A stretch of DNA of 64,000 bases from Nitrososphaerales archaeon. Lineage in GTDB: Archaea > Thermoproteota > Nitrososphaeria > Nitrososphaerales > Gagatemarchaeaceae. The notes below the pieces were generated by a model, which was not told where the DNA came from, did no database searches, and saw only the letters and a list, made by a program, of their open reading frames with translations. The stretch lies in assembly GCA_030038395.1 (NCBI GenBank), contig JASHOZ010000056.1, forward strand, positions 23,607 through 87,606. The letters are read 5' to 3'. Shown in pieces: positions 17,495 to 26,923 of this stretch. Every line of letters begins with the position of its first letter. Within the stretch, counting starts at the first letter, position 1. The position numbers and the translations under genes were made by a program.

Positions 17495-18640
17495 ATGCCC
17501 CGAAGCGTCCCGCTCACTGCGCCAGAGGCGCTGCGCTATAGCAGGCAACTTGTGATGCCTGAGATAGGTCCAGTGGGGCAGAGGAGACTGAAGGGGTCTT
17601 CGGTCGCAGTCGTCGGCGTAGGGGGACTCGGCACTCCCGCGGCCGTCTACCTGACTGCGGCAGGGGTGGGGAAGATCTGTCTCATAGATGGAGACGACGT
17701 GGAGGTCTCCAATCTGCAGAGGCAGTTCCTGTTCGATGAGGGCGACGTCGGGAGGAAGAAGGTCGAGGTCGCGAAGGAGAGGCTCCAGCGAATCAACCCC
17801 AACGTCGAGGTCGTCGCGCACGACAGCAGGCTAGACTCGAATAATGCGCTGGAAGTGCTGGGCGCCTATGAGGCGGTGGTCGACGCCACAGACAACCTCC
17901 CCGCCCGGTATCTTATCAACGACGCCTGCGTGCTGCTCAGGAAGCCTGACGTCTACGCGAGCGTGCTAGGACTCGAGGGGCAGGCTTCAGTCTTCTTCTC
18001 GCTCTTGGGCCCTTGCTACAGGTGTCTGAGTCCTGTCCCGCCCCCCGCGGCCTCGGTGAAGTCGTGCGAGGACGCGGGCGTTCTTGGGGTGGTCCCTGGC
18101 ATCATGGGCGCCATCCAGGCGGCGCAGGCGGTGCAGGTCCTGCTCGGAATCGGAGCCCCGCTGGTTGGGAGGATTCTAGTCTTCGACGGGCTGGAAGCGT
18201 CCTTCGAGGAGGTGCGGCTGAAAAAGGACCCCAGGTGCGCCGTCTGCGGAAGCAACCCTTCCGTCACCAAGCTGGTCGACTACGAAGAGTTCTGCGGCCT
18301 TAGGGGCGCCCCGAAGGCAGTCGGGTTCAATGTTACCCCGACGGAGCTGAAGGCTGCCCTTGAAGCGAGAGGCAAGGTCATCCTTCTGGACGTGCGGGAG
18401 CCTCTGGAGTATGAGCTCTGCCATCTGCAGGGCGCTCGCCTGATGCCCCTAGGCGAACTTCCACAGAGGAAGGGCGAGCTGGAACCTGAGAGCGAGATCA
18501 TCGTGTACTGCCACGTCGGTGTCAGAAGCACTCAGGCCGTCTCCTACCTGAGAAGGTCGGGCTTCAGTTCCGTAAGAAACCTGCAAGGGGGGATTGACGC
18601 CTGGGCCCGAGAGGTCGACCCGGGTATGCCCCGCTACTGA
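17495..18640 (+). CDS. MoeB/ThiF-type E1-like adenylyltransferase fused to a C-terminal rhodanese domain
   Basis: 'LRYSRQLVMPEIGPVGQRRL', nucleotide loop 'VGVGGLGTPAAVYL', CxxC pairs 'CYRC...CAVC', and the rhodanese active-site loop 'CHVGVRS'. The ATG at 17495 is preferred over the upstream alternative start at 17402. Confidence 0.85.
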   Translation: MPRSVPLTAPEALRYSRQLVMPEIGPVGQRRLKGSSVAVVGVGGLGTPAAVYLTAAGVGKICLIDGDDVEVSNLQRQFLFDEGDVGRKKVEVAKERLQRINPNVEVVAHDSRLDSNNALEVLGAYEAVVDATDNLPARYLINDACVLLRKPDVYASVLGLEGQASVFFSLLGPCYRCLSPVPPPAASVKSCEDAGVLGVVPGIMGAIQAAQAVQVLLGIGAPLVGRILVFDGLEASFEEVRLKKDPRCAVCGSNPSVTKLVDYEEFCGLRGAPKAVGFNVTPTELKAALEARGKVILLDVREPLEYELCHLQGARLMPLGELPQRKGELEPESEIIVYCHVGVRSTQAVSYLRRSGFSSVRNLQGGIDAWAREVDPGMPRY

Positions 18641-18758
18641 GTGGGTTCAGTCCGGTCGCGCTTGCCTATGGTCAAACTCCGATGCTCGTCGATCCAATGG
18701 AGGGTTTCTGACCAGTTCACAAAGCAGTCCCAGATGATGCCCTCGTCCTTCCTGGTGG

Positions 18759-19574
18759 TCATGGCCGACCCTGATCTGTCGATAGGTTCTTGGTGAAGAA
18801 AGAAATCGTCCTCTCCCACGCGTCGTCGGCCGCGGGCTTGTTGTAGACCTCACGCCTTTCGTTGAAGAAGGCGTGCTGCACCCCCTTGTACACCTTGATT
18901 TCGAACGCCTTCCTGTACTTTACCATGTTCTCGACCAGTACAGGGATGCCTGAGTCTATGCGCTGGTCCTCTCCCGCGTATATGCCGAAGACCGGCCCTG
19001 TGATGTCCGCCACGGCCTCGATGGGACTCGGGTTGGCACCGTAGAACGGGACGGTCGCGCCGAACGGGTACATGGTGGAGAGCTGGTACGCCAGCCCACC
19101 TCCCATGCAGAAACCTGTGATGCCGAGCCTGTCGCCGTGGACCTCACTCATCCCCTTGAGGTGGTCGGTGCAGCTCAGGACGTCCTTCACCATGTCCTTC
19201 TCCATCTCTCCTCTCTTGACGAGCAGCAGGTTCACAAGTTTCCTATCTTCCTCCGACATGGTGGCCATGAGGGTCTGGAGTGTAGCGGGGTCGTTCCGCT
19301 TGTCGGGAGGGACTGTCCACATCTTCGACATCGCCCTCTCGATGTTCTTCTCAGTCAGGAAGTCCCCGAAGCGTGTGAACAGGTGGGGCGCAAGGGCGAC
19401 GAACCCTTGTTCCGCGTACCGCCTAGCCACGCCCCTGATTTGGTCGTTCAGGCCAAAAATCTCGTGTATCACGATTATGCCTGGGTGTCGCCCTGAAACA
19501 GGGCGCGAGAGATATGCCGCAATCTGCGTCCCGTCCTGACACCTGACTTTCGTTTCTTCACTCGTTATGTCCAC
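18759..19574 (-). CDS. dienelactone hydrolase family protein
   Basis: 'HPGIIVIHEIFGLNDQIRGVARRYAEQGFVALAPHLF' and the nucleophile elbow 'GFCMGGG'. The GTG start at 19574 is chosen because the upstream 141 codons of the 412-aa ORF are low-complexity and antisense to the SDR gene. Confidence 0.75.
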   Translation of the reverse strand: MDITSEETKVRCQDGTQIAAYLSRPVSGRHPGIIVIHEIFGLNDQIRGVARRYAEQGFVALAPHLFTRFGDFLTEKNIERAMSKMWTVPPDKRNDPATLQTLMATMSEEDRKLVNLLLVKRGEMEKDMVKDVLSCTDHLKGMSEVHGDRLGITGFCMGGGLAYQLSTMYPFGATVPFYGANPSPIEAVADITGPVFGIYAGEDQRIDSGIPVLVENMVKYRKAFEIKVYKGVQHAFFNERREVYNKPAADDAWERTISFFTKNLSTDQGRP

Positions 19575-20514
19575 GCGACTCACGGGAACGGTGCTCGCTA
19601 CAGACGATATTATCCGTTGCGTGACTACGCAGCCTAATAACAGCCATCCTCTTCGCTTCGGGTCGTTGGCTGGCAGGGTCTGTCTCGTCACCGGTGCGAA
19701 CTCCGGTATAGGGAGGGCAGCGTCCGCGAAGCTCGCCAAGACTGGAGTCACTGTTGTCATGGTGGCAAGGGACGAGGCAAAGGGAAGGGAGGCGCTGGCG
19801 GGAGTGAAGTCGGAGAGCGGCAACCAGTCGGTTGAGCTGCTGGTTGCAGATCTGAACTCGATGGGCTCGGTGAGGAAGCTCGCCGAGACCTTCCGGGAGA
19901 GCCACGCGTCGCTGCATGTACTGCTGAACAACGCCGGGGTGATCCTCGGCGCAAGGTCGGTCGGCCCGGACGGGGTCGAGAGCAACTTCGCCGTCAACTA
20001 CCTTTCGCACTTCCTTCTGACCAACCTGCTCATGGACACCCTGAAGGCGAGCGCCCCTTCCCGCGTGGTCAACGTGACATCTGATGCCCACTTCTCGGGC
20101 CACATCGACTTCGACAACCTGCAACTGCAGAAAGGGTATGGTGCGATGAAGGCCTATTCACAGGCGAAGCTCGCGCAGGTCCTCTTCACACGCGAACTCG
20201 CGCGGAGGCTTGAAGGTACTCGCGTCACTGCCAACTGCGTTCACCCTGGTGTGGTCCGGACGCATTGGGGCAACACAGCAGGCGGGCTCCTCGCTCTTGG
20301 AGTCAAAATCGGGCGCCCCTTCTTCAAGAGCCCTGAGCGTGGGGCGGAGGGTCCTGTCTTCCTCGCGATCTCCCCTGACGTGGACGGCGTCAGCGGCAAA
20401 TACTTCTCTGGTACGAAAGAGGCCAAGTCGTCGAAAGAGTCGTACGACGATGTCGAGGCTCGCCGCTTGTGGCAGGTGAGCTGCGAGCTCACCGGTATCA
20501 AGCCTGATGCTTGA
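19567..20514 (+). CDS. short-chain dehydrogenase/reductase (SDR)
   Basis: 'VTGANSGIG' cofactor motif and the 'YSQAK' catalytic YxxxK. The real start may be TTG at 19666 (MAGRVCLVTGANSGIG). Confidence 0.85.
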   Translation: MSTRLTGTVLATDDIIRCVTTQPNNSHPLRFGSLAGRVCLVTGANSGIGRAASAKLAKTGVTVVMVARDEAKGREALAGVKSESGNQSVELLVADLNSMGSVRKLAETFRESHASLHVLLNNAGVILGARSVGPDGVESNFAVNYLSHFLLTNLLMDTLKASAPSRVVNVTSDAHFSGHIDFDNLQLQKGYGAMKAYSQAKLAQVLFTRELARRLEGTRVTANCVHPGVVRTHWGNTAGGLLALGVKIGRPFFKSPERGAEGPVFLAISPDVDGVSGKYFSGTKEAKSSKESYDDVEARRLWQVSCELTGIKPDA

Positions 20515-20711
20515 CAACCCTGCCGCCCTTTTGGGACTGCGTTCGCCAGTCCAACAAGACCGGCCAGGAGAGGTTTAAGCAGGTTCGCTAGCTTCCGAAA
20601 GCCGGGATGCGCGTCCGGGAGGCACCGGCAAGCAGCTACGTGGGGGCGATATGCAAAAGGCTCTCGGCGACATCACGAAGAGGTGATGCAAATGGCCGTG
20701 CGCTTATCGTG

Positions 20712-21461
20712 ATGGCGAAGGACGGGAATGACGAGGACTGGGTCATCCCTGGTCCAAGGCGCGGGAAGAAAGTCGCGGCCGTGGCAGCGGTGTGCGTGGT
20801 CGTCGTAGCGGCTCTGTATTACGGAGTCCCCGTGGCAGAAGGGATCATCTTCCCGGGTCCGGCTCCCGTATGGCATACGTTCCTGTCCGTATTCAACACT
20901 AATGAAATCGAAGTATCTGGGGCCTGCTCGCTCCAAGACACGGTCTCTGTTCTTGGTCTGCCGACGTCAGACCTCGGGCCGCACACGACGGTCAGCTGCT
21001 CCTACAGGGGTCAGTCGTACATTGGGGATGTCAGCACTGACTGCGACCTGCAGGGGACGGGGACGATTCTGTCGGTCAGCGGGACGCTGGTGCCATATCT
21101 CGGGTGCAGGCTGAGCTACGCTCCATTCCTGATGACGTTCTCGGGACTCTACACGCTGGCCGGCCAAGGAAACGATTCGGTCCACGTCTACCAAGGCGAC
21201 GCTATCCTCGCCAATCTCACACTGGTGTCGAATCTCCGGAGCGAAGGCTGCTCATATCAGGATGCTGCCTCCGCGAGGACGAACGGCATCTTCGTCTGCA
21301 CCTACCTGGGCATCCCATACACGACGCCGAGCGTCCTCCAGGACTGCAATCTCGGAACGCCCATTCAGGTGAGCGGAATCCCGGCTCCAACGGGAGGGTG
21401 CGTCTTCCAGAGGAACGAACTGTACACGGCGCAGAGCACCTCATCGAGCTCAGAGGCGTAG
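20712..21461 (+). CDS. hypothetical N-terminally anchored extracytoplasmic protein
   Basis: 'KKVAAVAAVCVVVVAALYYGV' anchor followed by a Cys-rich, beta-rich domain with repeated 'C..L(Q/G)' patterns. Confidence 0.45.
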   Translation: MAKDGNDEDWVIPGPRRGKKVAAVAAVCVVVVAALYYGVPVAEGIIFPGPAPVWHTFLSVFNTNEIEVSGACSLQDTVSVLGLPTSDLGPHTTVSCSYRGQSYIGDVSTDCDLQGTGTILSVSGTLVPYLGCRLSYAPFLMTFSGLYTLAGQGNDSVHVYQGDAILANLTLVSNLRSEGCSYQDAASARTNGIFVCTYLGIPYTTPSVLQDCNLGTPIQVSGIPAPTGGCVFQRNELYTAQSTSSSSEA

Positions 21462-21496
21462 TCGCCGGACTCAGGTGAATTCGGGCACTACCTGCT

Positions 21497-22516
21497 TCAG
21501 ACGGCGGCCCCTGCTCTCCCCCGTCTGAGCAGGAGCCATGCGATGGCTGCGAGCGCGACCACCACGACGACAACTATCACCACGTAAAGGACGTCCATCG
21601 ATGACGACGACCCCGAGTTCACCGTCGTTGTGGTCGTCTGAGTCGAGGTGCTGAGTACTGTCGCCGTGCTCGTCGAGAGCTGCGTCTGCGTCTCGCTCAA
21701 GACAGATACGGATGTGACCGTGGGGCCGACTGTCTCGGTGTTCGTGAATGTATATGCCTGCACAGTCGTCACAGTGATCGTAGCGAACTGCGTCGTCGGG
21801 GAGACAAACGTCAGAGTCGACGAGTTCGTAGTCAGCGAGGTGGTCGTCGAGACAGATGTGGCAGTCGTCGTGGTGGCCACGGTGACCGAGTTTGAGATTA
21901 TCAGCTGCTGGGCTGCGACTGCCTCAACCGCCGACCCGTCATAGACTTTGATGTATTTGTAGGCCGCCGTAGCCAGGACGGGTATGGGTCCCACGACCAC
22001 GGGCGTCACGCCCGCGGGAGTGGGAGAGACAGAGCAGGCGCCTGTCCCGAGCCACCCGATATAGAACGTCCCGTTGGCGTTCGTCAGAGCAGTGAAGTGG
22101 CCAGCAGCGTTGGCACAGAAGTCGGCCACAGAGAACTTCGGCGAGTACTGCGCGTCGCCTGTTCTGTTGGATGTCTCAGTGCCCATGCTCAGTATGAGCC
22201 AGAACGTCGCAGCAGAGAACGAGACACCGCTGAAGTTGAGGGCCAGCAGGTTCGTATCAGGGTCCACCGCGGTCGTGTCGATCTTCGTCACATACATGGT
22301 GCCGAGCAGGACGGTCACATTGCTGACCGACGGCGTGAACGAGGTGGGTGTAACGACAGAGTTGACCGCTCCCAGCGAAGGCGAGCCAGTGTCGGCGCTG
22401 ACCTGCGTCACCGGGACCGCGACGAGCAGCGAGGAGAGCGCAAGTAATGAAAGGATCAGAATCGCCTTGGCCCCGGAGAGCACGCTCGCGGGCACTTGAT
22501 GCCTCGCTTTAACCAT
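21497..22516 (-). CDS. cell-surface protein with Thr/Ser-rich stalk and C-terminal TM anchor
   Basis: Signal peptide 'AILILSLLALSSLLVAVPVTQVSA', a long T/S/V repeat-like stalk, and C-terminal 'VLYVVIVVVVVVALAAIAWLLLRRGR'. Confidence 0.55.
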   Translation of the reverse strand: MVKARHQVPASVLSGAKAILILSLLALSSLLVAVPVTQVSADTGSPSLGAVNSVVTPTSFTPSVSNVTVLLGTMYVTKIDTTAVDPDTNLLALNFSGVSFSAATFWLILSMGTETSNRTGDAQYSPKFSVADFCANAAGHFTALTNANGTFYIGWLGTGACSVSPTPAGVTPVVVGPIPVLATAAYKYIKVYDGSAVEAVAAQQLIISNSVTVATTTTATSVSTTTSLTTNSSTLTFVSPTTQFATITVTTVQAYTFTNTETVGPTVTSVSVLSETQTQLSTSTATVLSTSTQTTTTTVNSGSSSSMDVLYVVIVVVVVVALAAIAWLLLRRGRAGAAV

Positions 22517-22744
22517 GATGGGAGAACTTCCGCGCAGCTCCACACCTCCACCCCATTGCGTCGCCCACGGCTGCGAGGCCTGACGGCGGCAGCCACTGTT
22601 CGACCTCGCGGTTTCGCTCCGTCGCTACAAGGGTCCGGGTAAAGAACGTCAGCGCAGATAATGGAAGGTGTTTCATCTTCCGCTACGGCTTGCAGCCGGG
22701 TGCGGAATCACCACGGGTCGGAGGTTTTGGCCTGCTGGGAATCC

Positions 22745-22846
22745 CTACGCCGCGCATTCCTTGTGGTAGGACTTCTTCATCAAGAAGCCTTTCTTCACTT
22801 CTTGGCCTGCGGGGATTTCCTTGCCGCACTTTGCGCAGTTGACCAT
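22745..22846 (-). CDS. 33-aa CxxC...HxxC mini-protein
   Basis: MVNCAKCGKEIPAGQEVKKGFLMKKSYHKECAA. ATG at 22844-22846, TAG at 22745-22747. It lies in an otherwise empty gap. Confidence 0.3.
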   Translation of the reverse strand: MVNCAKCGKEIPAGQEVKKGFLMKKSYHKECAA

Positions 22847-22920
22847 TGCAGTCCTTTCACGCGACAACTCTGGGTGTATTAAACCTGCGCATTCGCCTCA
22901 TCCGCGCCTGTGCGCGAGGG

Positions 22921-24282
22921 TCAGATGACCCACCCCTCCCTCTCCACGCGTCTGCGTTCGAAGCCTATCCTCGAGGGGTCGTACTGAACGCCGCCATACA
23001 GCGAGACTTCGTCGGCTTCCCTGTAGACGGCATCGACTATCCTTCCTAGCGAGTCGCCTTTCATGATGCCGCTCCCGCTGTCGCCCCCGACGGCTATGAG
23101 GTTCCCTTGGCGGAAGACGAACGGGAGGTAGTCCAGCGTGTTGTAGGAATACAGCCCTGCCCACATCGCCTTCACTGCCGCGCTCTTGAACTGAGGGAAG
23201 TACGCCGAAAGCACCGGGCTGACGCTGCGCTCGTAGAACGACCGCTCTGCCTCGTACCCTTCCAGACTTCTCTCTGGCACATTGATTAGGGGTCTGTTCA
23301 CCTCGTCTTCACACCCAATCCAGAAGTCACCCTCTTCCGCCGCGGGCCTGAAGTGTACGCCGGCCTTCGGGAGGACGACGAGGGGAGGAAGGCCGAGGTC
23401 ATTGAAGCCCTTGGTGTGGAGGAGCCTTCCAAGCGGGGGCGAGCCCTTCGTCGAGACGCTGAATAGCTGCCTCTTCTTCGCTCCGACGTGCCCGTCTATC
23501 CCGACCGGCCCGAGGAGCTGGTTCCCCCAAGCGCCGCACGCAAGTACCACCGCGTCGGCACCGATGGCGCCGTTCACGGCGCCGCTCACTTGGACTCCTT
23601 CCACTCTAGACTCCTGCCATACGAACGGCTCGCCGTCAATCCCCAGCCTCTTCGATGGACCTACGAGGAGTCGGTCGACGTTCGTGCTGAACGCCGTCAG
23701 TCCCCCGATTCGCGTGAACTCTCTGACGTAATGCCTCACAAGCTTGTCGGGGTCGAGCCTGCCGCACTTCGGCCCGAACACGCCGCCGTCGACGTCAGGC
23801 AAGCCCATCAGCTCCGCCTCTCCATCCGAACTGAGGTCGGCCCGCAGCCCTGGCATCCTCTCCTCAATCTCGGCCCTAGCGAACCGCCGCGTGTGTATCC
23901 CGTTCCTGTCCATGAGGCGCAGGGCTCCCTCACTCGCACTCAGCTGTGCGTTGCTCATCAACCATAGGTATCCGATTCGCTGCAGTCCTAGATCGGTCCC
24001 CTCGCTCTGGACCTTGAGGTAGCACTCTATCGTGGAGTCAGACAGGATCTGGTTGTCGTTCGACGTGAACGTGTTCCTGAACATCGCATTGCTCCTGCCT
24101 GTGTTCCCCTGCCCAGGCGCGCCGAACCTGTCGAGAAGGAGGACGCGTCTGTTCGGGCTGTTTCTCTTCAGATGGAAGGCCGACGCGGCGCCCAGTATCC
24201 CAGCTCCGACGACTACGACGTCATACCGACCCATGAGAGCAGGCGCGTCGACAGCGCCTGACATCTCGGCCTTGGGGGGCAT
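22921..24282 (-). CDS. FAD-dependent oxidoreductase (DAO/sarcosine-oxidase-beta-like)
   Basis: 'YDVVVVGAGILGAASAFHL' Rossmann motif about 20 aa from the ATG at 24282. The longer 489-aa form overlaps the divergent gene. Confidence 0.8.
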   Translation of the reverse strand: MPPKAEMSGAVDAPALMGRYDVVVVGAGILGAASAFHLKRNSPNRRVLLLDRFGAPGQGNTGRSNAMFRNTFTSNDNQILSDSTIECYLKVQSEGTDLGLQRIGYLWLMSNAQLSASEGALRLMDRNGIHTRRFARAEIEERMPGLRADLSSDGEAELMGLPDVDGGVFGPKCGRLDPDKLVRHYVREFTRIGGLTAFSTNVDRLLVGPSKRLGIDGEPFVWQESRVEGVQVSGAVNGAIGADAVVLACGAWGNQLLGPVGIDGHVGAKKRQLFSVSTKGSPPLGRLLHTKGFNDLGLPPLVVLPKAGVHFRPAAEEGDFWIGCEDEVNRPLINVPERSLEGYEAERSFYERSVSPVLSAYFPQFKSAAVKAMWAGLYSYNTLDYLPFVFRQGNLIAVGGDSGSGIMKGDSLGRIVDAVYREADEVSLYGGVQYDPSRIGFERRRVEREGWVI

Positions 24283-24395
24283 ACGGCCTGCAGCCCCTAC
24301 TCGCTCTAATGGGTCTTCTGTGCCGCGCTCCTCAGGCCGAGGTTCCCCGGATCCGAGGAGAGGGCTTAATACAACAGCGGCGCCCGACACGCTCT

Positions 24396-25346
24396 GTGCG
24401 TCCTCCCCTCTCTGGCGTGTTCGTGGTGGCAGTCTCTCCCCTCGATGAGCGGCGAGAGTTCGACCTGAAAGACTACCGCCGCCTCATAGAGTACTGTGTC
24501 GCGGCCAAGGTCGGCGGGCTCACGGTCCTCGGCGAGTCGGCCGAGCGCGACTTGCTCTCCGACGGCGAGAAGCAGGAGATTCTGGCGGCCACGTTCGAGA
24601 TGCTGGGGGGCAGACTCCCCATAGTGGTCGGGACGGGCAGCGAGAGCACAGAGTCGACCGTACGCTCTAGCATCGACGCTCAGGACAGCGGAGCGTCGGC
24701 GGTCATGATAGCCCCTCCGAGACGCCTGAGGGTAGGCTCGGGGAGCTCCGACAGCGACGCGATCTTCGAATACTTCTCTTCGGTCGGCGACAGGATAGAG
24801 ATTCCTATCGTGGTCCAGGACTTCCCACAACTCGACCGCCCGAGGATGGACGTGGACCTTATCCGCCGTCTGAACGCGGAGATATCAAATGCGCAGTACC
24901 TGAAGCTCGAAGACCCGCCGACCCCGCTCAAGATGGAGAGGTTGCGGTCTGCCACAGGCGACCGGCTGAAGGTCTTCAGCGCATACTACGGTAGGGACTC
25001 GTACTGGGACCTCGTCCACGGGGCGGTGGGCGTAATGACGTCATCCCCCACGCCAGAGTATCTCGTCGCGATGTACGACTCGTTCGCGGCGGGGGACAGA
25101 GGGAAGGCGCTCGACATCTATCTCGGCACGCTCCCGCTCGTCTACTACTGCAGCGAACTCGGCCTCGCCGTGCGCAAGGAGGTCCTCGCACAAAGGGGAG
25201 TGATTCGGGCGAGCACCATGAAGCAGAGTGAAAAGGAGCTCACAGGGGCGCAGAAGAACGAGCTTAGAGACGTGATCGCCTGGGTGGAGGACAAGCTGAC
25301 GTCGTCCTGCGGCGTCCCCCCGCTCGGCCTGGAGAAGGCCCGCTGA
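24396..25346 (+). CDS. DapA/DHDPS-family lyase (dihydrodipicolinate synthase-like)
   Basis: 'GVFVVAVSPLDERREFDLKDYRRLIEYCVAAKVGGLTVLGESAE...PIVVGTGS' is a typical DHDPS/NAL-family N-terminus. The GTG at 24396 gives MRPPLSGVFVVAV. Confidence 0.75.
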   Translation: MRPPLSGVFVVAVSPLDERREFDLKDYRRLIEYCVAAKVGGLTVLGESAERDLLSDGEKQEILAATFEMLGGRLPIVVGTGSESTESTVRSSIDAQDSGASAVMIAPPRRLRVGSGSSDSDAIFEYFSSVGDRIEIPIVVQDFPQLDRPRMDVDLIRRLNAEISNAQYLKLEDPPTPLKMERLRSATGDRLKVFSAYYGRDSYWDLVHGAVGVMTSSPTPEYLVAMYDSFAAGDRGKALDIYLGTLPLVYYCSELGLAVRKEVLAQRGVIRASTMKQSEKELTGAQKNELRDVIAWVEDKLTSSCGVPPLGLEKAR

Positions 25347-25394
25347 TCCGGCCCGCTCCAAGCCTTTATTTCGCGACGGAGCAAGTTCGGCCCG

Positions 25395-26042
25395 ATGGTC
25401 GTCCTATCTCCTGACGAACTGCTGACTACAACCAGGGCAGTCCGGAGGCGTCTGGACCTCAGGAGGCCCGTCGAGCGGCGGGTAATCGAGGAGTGCATAG
25501 ACATCGCATCACAGGCGCCCAACGCGGGGAACGGCCTGCGGGTGCACTTCGTAGTCGTGACCGACGAGGGCAAAAGAAGGTCGCTGGCGCAGATATACAG
25601 GAAGTGCTCCGAGCGCTACTTCGCTTCCCCTCCGAAGCCCGCGAGCAGTGACTCTGGCGGCTCGCCCTGGGAGGATGCGACGAGGCGGAGGTTCCGGTCC
25701 GAACTTCACCTGTACGAGCACCTTGAGGAGGTGCCCGTGCACGTCATCCCGTGCGTGTCGGGCCGAGCCGACGGTTCAGGCATACCTGCCCAGGCCGCGC
25801 GCTGGGGGACAGTCTACCCGGCGGCGTGGAGCTTCATGCTCGCCGGCCGCGCCAGAGGACTCGGCATGACATTCACGACCATCCATCTGAACATGGAAGC
25901 GGAAGCCGCAGGGCTCCTCGGAATCCCGTTCAACGAGGTCATGCAGGCGGGCCTGCTCCCGGTGGCCTACACGAAGGGGTCGAGGTTCAGGCCTGGTCTG
26001 CGGGCGCCAGTCTCGGAGACCGCCCATTGGGACAGGTGGTAG
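25395..26042 (+). CDS. nitroreductase-family protein
   Basis: 'TRAVRRRLDLRRPVERRVIEECIDIASQAPNAGN' is a typical nitroreductase N-terminal FMN-binding region. Confidence 0.7.
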   Translation: MVVLSPDELLTTTRAVRRRLDLRRPVERRVIEECIDIASQAPNAGNGLRVHFVVVTDEGKRRSLAQIYRKCSERYFASPPKPASSDSGGSPWEDATRRRFRSELHLYEHLEEVPVHVIPCVSGRADGSGIPAQAARWGTVYPAAWSFMLAGRARGLGMTFTTIHLNMEAEAAGLLGIPFNEVMQAGLLPVAYTKGSRFRPGLRAPVSETAHWDRW

Positions 26043-26143
26043 ACCAGGGCACGGAGAGGGAGCCGCCGGGGTGCTCGACGCCGTCTACCGCCGCCGCGAC
26101 TGCCCGGCTGGAGATTTAACCAGGGAAGGCCTGCCCCCATCGG

Positions 26144-26809
26144 ATGCACGATCGCCTGATTTTCGACCTCGACGGGACGATCATCGACTCGAAGGCAGGA
26201 ATCTGGGAGAGCGTGAACTACGCGCTGAGGTCGCTGGGGCTCTCCGAGCTCGGTCAGGAAAGGGCCGACTACGTCTGGATGATAGGGCCGCCGCTGCGCG
26301 AGTCTTTCAGAAAACTGGCGGGCGAGCGCGCGACAGGCTCACTGGTGGAGAGACTGGTTGCGAAGTACAGGGAGAGGTACGAGAGGGTCGGCATGTTCGA
26401 GGCTTCCGTATTCCCGGGGATGAGGGAGGTGCTCGCGCGCCTAGCAGAGGGCGGGGGACAGAGGAGGCTCGCCGTCGCGACCACCAAGCCGACCGTCCAG
26501 GCAAACGCCGTGATAAGGCACTTCGGCCTCGAACGGTTCTTCGAACTGGTCGCGGGGAGCAGGCTCGACGGCGGAATGTCGGAAAAGCGCGACCTCATCA
26601 GACGCGTGATGGACGTCTTCGGCGGGCGGCGGGCCGGCTATCTGATGGTGGGGGACCGGGAGTACGATGTCAGAGGGGCAAAGGCAGCGGGAATCGACTC
26701 GGTAGGCGTCCTCTACGGCTACGGGACGGAGCCGGAGATAGCGAGGGCCGGACCGACCTATATGACAGACACCCCGAAGGCGCTCGGGGAACTCTTGCTT
26801 CGGCTGTGA
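26144..26809 (+). CDS. HAD-superfamily phosphatase (phosphoglycolate phosphatase-like)
   Basis: Motif I 'FDLDGTIIDS', motif II 'VATTK', motif III/IV 'K...VGDREYDVRGAKAAG'. Confidence 0.8.
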   Translation: MHDRLIFDLDGTIIDSKAGIWESVNYALRSLGLSELGQERADYVWMIGPPLRESFRKLAGERATGSLVERLVAKYRERYERVGMFEASVFPGMREVLARLAEGGGQRRLAVATTKPTVQANAVIRHFGLERFFELVAGSRLDGGMSEKRDLIRRVMDVFGGRRAGYLMVGDREYDVRGAKAAGIDSVGVLYGYGTEPEIARAGPTYMTDTPKALGELLLRL

Positions 26810-26923
26810 GAGGCAACGCCTGGCCGCGAACCGGCTCGCGAGGGCCGCGGCCCCAAGCGACGGTGAGCCGGAGGGGTAGTTTCATAAGGGAGGGACGGTC
26901 GACGGCTTCTCCCAGCGGTTTAC

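Noticed and set aside
19575-19997. N-terminal 141 codons of the 412-aa ORF 18759-19997
   Set aside because: This is a Ser/Thr/Ala/Pro low-complexity stretch lying antisense to the SDR gene. Dienelactone-hydrolase homology starts right after a GTG at 19574.
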